Origin: Tubiluchus corallicola
Taxonomy: Eukaryota > Animalia > Priapulida
Reading direction: 5' to 3'
Assembly: GCA_030141605.1 (NCBI GenBank)
Contig: JAQGDQ010002379.1
Location: forward strand, 310,001-374,000
Length of the DNA stretch: 64,000 nt
This document shows, one piece after another, positions 55,526-64,000 of the stretch (its first letter is position 1; every line of letters starts with the position of its first letter). The notes under the pieces are model-generated. The model saw nothing but the letters and a program-made list of their open reading frames with translations. It was not told the origin of the DNA and made no database searches. Both the position numbers and the translations under genes were made by a program.

Positions 55526-56625
55526 TTATTCTTGTTTATTTAAACTTTAACTATGTTTCTGTGTTACAATAAATGAACTCAAAGCAGAAAATGCAGTTCC
55601 TTATATGTTTAAATTCCTGGCAAGAATAAGGGGGCATTTTATAGTACAATTCTAATGTTGTATATGTTAGATATCATGAAGCAATATAAATTTATCAGAA
55701 TAGCTCATTGCCACACTTAAGATTTCTGGAAGTCAGTGATCAAAAGTTATATTACTGCATATTTTATTTAATAAAAACTTTAATTTGGAAACAATATGCA
55801 GCCAATAATATGTTAGAATCTTGCTTGTTTCTTTTGTCACATCAAACTCGCATGTACACAATCTCTAAGAACACTTAAATTGTTGCATGAGGTCTGTCTC
55901 AACAGTAAGAACAGCTACGTGTGAGAGTTTTCTATACAATAGCTTACAATAACTGTACGATAAAATGATTTACTATTACCAGTTGACAGAGTACCAAAAT
56001 GTGTAGAAATGAAGAAGTGAACTCATAAGATATCATACTAAGTGCAGGTGATGCTACTCATTGTATAATAAATAAAAATTGGAAAAAGTCAAAAAGTTGA
56101 TAAATCTTGTTGCTGTCTCAGTTGATGTGACTTATCAAATGCACTTTCACTGTTTCCTTCATGCACTTTACTTAATCACAGCCTCTTTTTGTTGTTAGCT
56201 GATGTTATTTTGCGTAATTTGTTGTGATTTTTGTTATAAAGTTATGCAATTTGTTTTGTTTTTTTACAGAAGAAGTGGTAGTTTGTTAACATTCTACTTT
56301 ATTTAATCTCATTTTAGGTGTCAGTTTATGTGCGTAATACATATTTATGGTAAAGTTTTTTCGTGTTAGGCTGCTTTAAAAAAATTTCTTATTGACAAAT
56401 AAGAGAAATGCTCACCTACTATGCAAGCAATTATTTAAGTCTTGCTAAAATTAATAAATGATCATGGCAGCAATTTATCGTTAAAAAAATTAACATTGTT
56501 AATACTAAATTACTAGCAAAATGAGCTTAACCAAGCCTAGCCCTAGGTGTCTGATATGAGAGTCGTCGTAAATACGCTGTCAACGCGTTGCCAAACGATC
56601 GGTTTTCCTGTTGAAGATATCCCGT
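55526..56625 (+). repeat. Start of tandem segmental-duplication unit 2
   Basis: Matches 36985-38256. Confidence 0.9.
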
Positions 56626-57385
56626 TGTGGGATGTGTGAAAAAGTGGGATGCATCGTGAGGGATATTTTAAATTTGAGTGATATAAACAAAATTGGTAGG
56701 TTTGCAATACAGATAAGGCTGAACCTCTTACAGTCAGTTATGATACTAGTGATTTATAATACAGAAACATGGAGTGAAGTAACAAAAGTAGAAATGGGTA
56801 GGATGGAAGAAATTCAGAAGGATATGTTACAAAAACTAGTAATTTATCACAGAAGGTGTCAACTAGTTATAGGGGTATGCTAATAGAACAGTGTACATAA
56901 GTATATACTGTAGGTATACACTTTGGGCATATTAAGACTCTTAAAAAGTTAACCTGGAAGAAACATGTAAAAGAAAACGTAAAAAAATTATTAAAATTAC
57001 TGCACATCACCAGATATACTCAAGAACTAAGTTAAGGTTTTTATCTTATGAGCTGAGCACGATAAACCCAAGCAGTATATAACTGAGTTAACACTAGAAC
57101 AGACAAAAAGGGTTTTAGAGATAAAGCTTAATATGCTACCACTAAAATGTAATTATAGAAGTAAGTTTAAAGGAGATATATGGTGTCCGCTATATGGTAA
57201 AGACAGGATCTATTTAGATTGTTATAAGAAATGTGCTACCAACTACAGAAGTAAATTTCCAAAGTCTGATTGAGTCAGAAGATGCACAAATAGCAAAGCA
57301 GTAGGTGGAATTTGTTCAAATAGCAATGGAAACAAGAAAAAGAAGAGGTGTCGTGCTGGAAATTTAGCTACAATAATAATAGTCA
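56626..57385 (+). mobile_element. Decayed LINE 3' fragment
   Basis: IRLNLLQSV..VIYNTETW..MEEIQKDML (YxxETW-type ORF2 motif), KLNML..KCNY; (AAT)n tail. Confidence 0.6.
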
Positions 57386-57640
57386 TAAATGGTTGATTAG
57401 CATCAATGCTGATTACGTTACTTGTGTCTTGCGCGGTAACATTCCTTTGTGCCTATCTAACCAGATAGAGTTAACACCGAGGAAACAACGAAACAACATG
57501 TGCTTACTGGAGAACCGCAACTGCCGCGACATGACATAGAGGAAGTTGAGGAACTGCAAGATGTAAAATGTACAACAGTCGTCGTATAGAAAAATATAAT
57601 CTTAAAGTGAACAATACAAAGACCAAAGAATACGTTATAC

Positions 57641-58645
57641 CCACTGCTAATTTAAACATCAACAATTCTTCCTAAATATCTTTTAATGACACAGATAAAG
57701 TCAAGGAATACATTATTTAAAAATGTGTATAGTTACCAGTCTCATGAAGAAGTGAAACAGCTTTGTACAAAAATGGGCAAATTTTCCAGGATTTCAAACA
57801 TGTGGTGTAGATGAAATTGATAAAATGCATCTGAATTGCATATTAAAAGAATTTTGTAATAAACTTAAATCAATGTACAGAAAACTATTTTTTACAAAGC
57901 TACATAATGATCCTAGACACAGTGATGGCAAAAACAAACTAAGATTTTATAGATATGTAAAAATCAATAATGAATTAGAAGATTATTTCAAAATTATTTC
58001 TAATGAGAAACAGCGACAAATGATTACGAAATTACATAACAGCGAATATGACCTGGAAATAGAACGATTTAGATATCAAAATAAAAAAGGGCATGAAAGG
58101 CTTTGTCAATACTGTCACAACAATAGCTCAAAATTAGTAGAAAACAAATTATATTACCTTTTTACTTGTCTTTTGTATAAAGATATTAGACAAAAATATG
58201 AGCATAAATATATCTTTGCAAAAAGGTAACATATACTCAGTAATGTGGTTTTTTTCTAATTGCAAACCCAGAAGACCTTATTCACTTTGGAAACTGCTTA
58301 AATGAATGTGATAAAAAAGGCAGTTATATCTTGGTGGTAATCTGTGAGTGCTGGATAAACCTTGTGCTGTGATTGTGTAATTTAATCTCGTTTGTGATTA
58401 TATTAATTATTTAGGTTTTGTGTTTTTACTACTACTTTGTAGTTGTAGCATAAAGTTTTATTTCGTAAGAGCACATAATTTCTTATTAGATTTAAGTAAG
58501 TTGTACAAACTCGTGGTTTTGCAATGTTGCATAATTGCATCTGTATTTGTTGTTTTTCGTGTTTCTTGTACTTTGACTTTTTTGCAATTGTAATTTTTTG
58601 CCATGATACGCTATTGTATTTGTGCAATAGAACAAAATTGAAATT
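57641..58645 (+). mobile_element. Decayed LINE 3' fragment with a C-terminal Cys-rich region, inserted in the old RTE-group copy
   Basis: KNKLRFY..RQMITKL..LEIERFRY..ERLCQYC..VENKLYYLFTC..YKDIR; attgaaattgaa tail; host LINE resumes at 58646. Confidence 0.7.
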
Positions 58646-59247
58646 GAAGATGCGGTAATGATTCGTGGAAAAGATGTAAATAACTTGGTAACTTGTAAGA
58701 CACCGATGCCCACATACAAAGAAGGAAAATTCTTAAATTGTCTGCTTATTCACATATCTCAATGATTTTTGATAACAATAGACTTTCTCTTGAAACCAGA
58801 GTCCGGATTCTTTCAACTTTAGTTGAATCTGTGTTTTTGTACACTGCTGAGCTATGGACAATAAAAGTTAAGCAACAGAAGGACAGTTGATGCTTTTCGA
58901 AGACGTCTCTATAGGAAATTACTCGCAATTAAATCGCCTGATAGAATATCCAATGATGATCTGTATAATGCAGTCAAGAAGATTCCTGGTAGTAGACAAA
59001 TACAAGTAAGAAAATTGCTTTGGATTGGGCACACACTAACAGTAAGATTACCTCCTCTTCCTATGGTATTGCATAAAGCTCTTGAAACGACAAAAAACCA
59101 AGAGGCTGTCAACTAGGCTGACGTATTTAGGTTTTTGGTACAGATTTATGATCTAACATGTACATTAGGCAATTTGATACAGACATCATACTATATTCAA
59201 AATTTGTAGCTGCATATTTGCCATTAGTTTCTACTCAACAGACCAAG

Positions 59248-62200
59248 ATGACAAGTTTAAATAAGGGATGCACTTTGCCTTTATATGTGGTGGATGCTTT
59301 CACAAGCCAGGCATTTGCTGGAAATGCTGCTGCTGTATGTCTAGTGTCACACAATCAGGTAAATTAATGATGATCTGTCATTAACAAACTTTTCGTCTTA
59401 ATTTGTTTTCAGCTATTTTTATTGCACTGTTCTTCACTGCAAATAACTTGTGGTCCTGTAGCACAAACTCAGTCAATGTATGTGTCTTAATCGCACTCTT
59501 ATTTATGTAAAGATATGAGTTTTTAACTACTAACTGATAATGTTTTTGTTATTTATTTATGTGATTAACTCAATGAATTAACTGTGTTACAATAAATAAA
59601 TCATTATATTATAATATTTAAATCGCAGGCTTGCATAATAAAAATCACTGGTTTATTTTTAGAAATATTGAAACAAATTTAACAAGTTAGTTGAAAACAA
59701 AAGTGTCCATTTAGTCACAGCTGAAATCAATTTGTAATCAATTAAACTTATAACATCAGTCATAATAATGTCAGGATAATGGTGACTGTGCCTTTAAGTT
59801 ATGTTTGTATTTGGATCTATTATAATAGTAGGTGTTTTTCATGAAGATTTAGTATAATTTTAAGTGACAATTACAATGAGTATCAATGCAGAAAATGCAT
59901 TTTGTTGTTGTTGTTGTTGTTGTTTCCGTTTCTACGGAGGCTTTGTAGTTTCTTTCTGCAATTCGAATAGATATTCTGAGTATTATTTGAACTGTACAAA
60001 ACAGGAGATATGTTATATGTTCAAAATCTATTCCAAACAGTCCGAAGGCTGTGTTGTTTTTATTAGTTGAATTGTGGTGTAATCTGCATTTCTTGGGTTA
60101 TATTATTAAATGGCTGTAGACATTGTGATGTATATAGTCATTCGGTTATTCTATTTTAGGTAATCGACGATGCAAAAATGCAAAAAATTGCTTTCGAAAT
60201 GAACTTGTCGGAAACCTGTTTCATTGCACTGCCAACAGAAAACGATTCGTTCAAGAATTCTTCCCGGTTTGGCCTGCGATGGTTTACCCCTGCCTGTGAA
60301 ATCCAACTGTGTGGTCATGCCACTCTTGCTGCTGCCACGGTGCTTTTCTCTTGTGTTGGTAAGTTTGCTAAGCAGGACAGAAATGTAAATCTAGAAGCTG
60401 AACCTGAGTCAGTGCTACTACATCAGCTGACACTCACAGTAAATCAGCCAGCTGGAGTTCACCATTAAGAATGACAGATTTTGATTCTTATGTCCTGCAG
60501 CAACAATTTAGCGTTAGTTTGAATAGTTTTATTTGTGAACTGGCTTAAGTGATTCGACAGCACACCCCTTTATATGCCATATATCTCTCTATATCTCTCA
60601 TATTTTATGTACTCACAATGTTAAAAAAAATCTCCTGGCTTATAATCTGGCAACTCTAGCAATGGATTTATTGCAAATATAATTTAAATCCAACCCTTGG
60701 CAAGGCTTATCTGGATTACCAACAAATCAATACTAAAATACCAAAATGATCCAATACGTGTGGCTAATGTTGCCTATTTGTGCATTTTATTTAATTTTGA
60801 ATTGACTGCTTTCTCATTCAAATATTTCTGAAGTTTAGTATCTCTGCCAGCACACGTACAATATGACCGCATTGCGACCAGTGATTTCATCATCATCATA
60901 AGCCCGTTATGTCAATTGTAGACATTGGGCAGGCAGAACTCTAAAATAAAAGAAATCTGCCCTCAAAACAGGTAAACACAGCAGTAATCTAGCAAAAAAA
61001 CTGGACACTGCTATGCCAGTGACTTGTTCGCAAGAGCAAAAATCTTCACAGCTGGCAAAAATGTCAGCTACCTCGACTTCCGTCACCGAGCGGCTGGCAC
61101 GACTAAAGCTGGGTTTCTTATCTGCTAGGTCGCCTGTAGAAATAAACCGACTGGAGCTGAGCTGAAGCGGTATGGCTCTGGCTTCTATGTCGATCCCTTA
61201 AGTATTTTTCACGTTGTCTTGAAAATCAGGGAGTTTTTATTTGCCAACCTAATACCAAACGAATTCACTGTGAATTTATTTGTGTGCTAATGCGTTTACT
61301 TCAAATAAGCTTCCATGCAGTTTTGCTTTTTTTCTTCTATTGTTTTTTTAGATTGTGTGCCTTTTTTGCATTTTAGGACTTAAAGCATTCCGCTGTTTTC
61401 AGTTCTCATCATATTTGGCATTTTCTTAGGAGACTGTCAGCTTTCCCTTCTTTTCATCTGCACTTTAAAAAATTGGAAAAGGAAAATAGTGCCTGTTAAC
61501 CATATTCTAAACCATATTCTATTCCAATAATGAAATTACAATTAGGCATTGCAATATTTGATTGTATTGCTAATCCACTAATGCTACGATTAGGCTCTAA
61601 ATATTTGTGAAATTGATAATCATTATGATAGGGGGGTCTGAAATTAAAAGGCAGCTAGTGAATATATCTACAGCTATGTAAATTATTACAGGTAACGAAT
61701 TTACAGAGATTACATTTGATACGCTAAGTGGACCACTTGTTGCCAGAAAAAAAGAGGACAATTTTATTCTGCTAGATTTTCCTGCTAATCCAACTATTAG
61801 TGTTAACAAGGAAAATGTTAAAGATCTTTTAAAGGTACCTACTGTTTTGAATGACCTGTAAAACAAGTTTGCCTGGGTTTTTGTTGTAAGTAATTTTATC
61901 ATTGAAGCTTTTAGCAGGTAGGTGGTTGACAGTTTGGAAGACATTCTGACGCCTTGGTATATTTATGTATTTTAGGAAATTTCCGGCGTTACTTGTTTTA
62001 ACTGTGTGTGCTGGCCATGTTTTTCAAATGTATCATATGGGCTGTTTTTTTTTGGCCAATAGCTAAATTGCATCTTTGCACAGACTTTTTTGAAGGCATA
62101 TTACTTAGTATTATCTTACTTGTATTACTTAGTATTACGCTTTCTTGCCTGCAATACTCATGTAAATAGAAAAGACACATTTTCTAGCTTTATGTAAGTA

Positions 62201-63163
62201 AAGGGCTTTCTTGCCTTTTATGACAATTTTTTGGTGTTTTAATTAATCCTATTCAGTTTTCGAATTTGCCTGAAGAGGGGAGACAGCATGAGAGGAACAT
62301 GGAAACTATTCAAAGGTGGGATGGGGGTGGGGGGGTGGGGGGTTACAGTAATGGTGGCAGTGAAGCACTTGCTGTTACTTTAATGTTTCTTTTTACTGGC
62401 TGTTACACACACGTGCATGCACGCACGCGCACACACACACCCACACACACGCACTGTTACATAATATAGTAAAATATATCATATCACTCTTTTCGGTGAT
62501 TCTAGATTGCATAGCACTCCTACAATAGGACTAGTTGAAGTTTAGCAAACAACTATCACAATTACTAACCTGACATTCTGTGCATTAAATTTAGAAATCC
62601 ACAGATTAAAGATACGAGACAATGCCGCTATGATAAAACTAAGGGTGCATTCAGACTAGCGAGTTTTCTGTTGGGAGTTTTTCTCTAACACCAAACTTGC
62701 AAGTGTGAACTGCTTTGCGAGTTACTATCGACAAGTCATTGCACACTTTCAGACAGTTGCTACGAAATGATTTCCTGTTTAGTGTGAACAGTCTCAGCGA
62801 GTTACTCTTGACACGGCTCCCAGTGAATAGAGGAGGAGTATCAGCTGGTGCTTACTTCATGTTGGAGAATTTTGTTCTTTAGTCTGAACGTGCTTGCGAG
62901 TTACTTGGCGAGAAAATTTGTTAGTATGAATGCTTCATTACTCTCAAAAGCAGTGCGACAAAATATCAACATTCTTGCAACAGTCAAGTCATCTAAATTC
63001 TTCTTTGTAAAAAGTATTTTGGTCCGAACTTTAATACACTGTAGAATCTTATGTGAATGTTTTTTATAATACAGGTACTTGTTGGAGATTTACCTATTGT
63101 TGATGTGGAGTATGCTCCTGTTATACAACAAATGATTGTGTGTCTTCAAGATTCTGTGTCCAG
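59248..63163 (+). CDS. PBLD: PhzF/PBLD-family protein copy 2, first four coding exons (gene continues beyond the window); canonical motifs
   Basis: Exons 59248-59358, 60160-60358, 61692-61834 and 63075-63163; GNAAAV, EMNLSETCF, EIQLCGHATLAAA. Confidence 0.92.
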
Positions 63164-63802
63164 GTGTGCATGTTGATAATTTTTTATTTGGTTTGTCGTG
63201 TGTCATTCGTTTTGCACTTTTCATTAGCTTTCATGTTATTATACATACTATAAAATTGCTGCAAATTGTACAAATCTGCAATTAATCTCTATTTCTATGA
63301 AGTGTGTTTGTGTATGTTTGTTTATTTGTTTGCTATAAAGTCCTGTTTTACTTATTTAACTTCAAATTTGGTCTATTAAGTTGCTAATACATCACACTCC
63401 CCATTGAATTATGGGATATGTACAGTTATGTGTAGAAATCAATTAACAAAAGCTGAAGACAGTCTACTTTTTAACTTTTGGCAGGAGCTCTACTTACATG
63501 AAAAAGAATTTAAAATACACTATGTTTCAGTCCATTGTTGGGTTCAAATTCTGATTGGATGAAAATTTTTCATTGTCTCATTCTTCATTCATTAGTCATT
63601 GATGTTATTATTGTTGTAAGTATAAGGCTTCATGTGTGTGTGTGTTTTACCTTCAGGTAAAAGGAAAAAGTTATGTGAGTAGCAAGTACATGTTTGCTGC
63701 ATGTCTGGTGCTCTTAGCATTGTGCTAAAATGTGTTATTTTTAGTCTACTTCTTTTGTAATCTTTGCTGTGCTGCTTGTGGTTGTATTGTACAGTGTCCA
63801 GA

Positions 63803-64000
63803 AAGGTAATCCCCCACTTTGCCAGTTATCTTTTTGCCAGTCTACTTTTTCACCAGTCTACTTTTTTGCTAGTCTACTTTTTTGCCAGTCTACTTTTTCG
63901 CTAGTCTATTTTTTGCCAGTTTTCTTTTTCGCCATTCCACTTTTTCACCTCTCCACTTTTTCGCCAGTCTTCTTTTTTGCTAGTCTATTTTTTGCCAGTT
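63803..64000. repeat. ~17-bp tandem repeat (gccagtctactttttt), possibly the terminus of a DNA transposon
   Basis: Direct inspection; runs to the window end. Confidence 0.85.

Overview
AT-rich, intron-containing animal (probably invertebrate) genomic DNA. 515-33602 (+) is the 3' three-quarters of a calcineurin A gene (PP2B catalytic subunit, PPP3C family). Its exon phases join into one open frame from the GNHE motif through SAPNY, the CnB-binding helix, the calmodulin-binding helix and the autoinhibitory domain. The regulatory half looks combinatorially spliced. It has two tandem, frame-equivalent and mutually incompatible calmodulin-binding exons (27747-27846 divergent, 30577-30664 canonical) flanked by RBFOX/QKI-type motifs, a candidate 96-nt in-frame cassette (28139-28234) and a 9-nt microexon (31891-31899). 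Downstream lies a tandem segmental duplication (unit starts ~36985 and ~55526) carrying two PhzF/PBLD-family genes. Copy 1 (43455-53424, intact, 296 aa) has lost the PhzF catalytic Glu (NLSET>NLPIT) and carries clustered active-site changes. It has also gained, just upstream of its ATG, a solo LTR with heat-shock elements, a CRE and a TATA box, absent from copy 2 (59248 onward, canonical motifs, runs off the window). The rest is nested LINE fragments, a truncated THAP/P-type transposon, a tRNA-derived SINE, MITEs and mini/microsatellites. Exon numbers follow the vertebrate PPP3CA layout by inference. All calls are by eye, with no database search.
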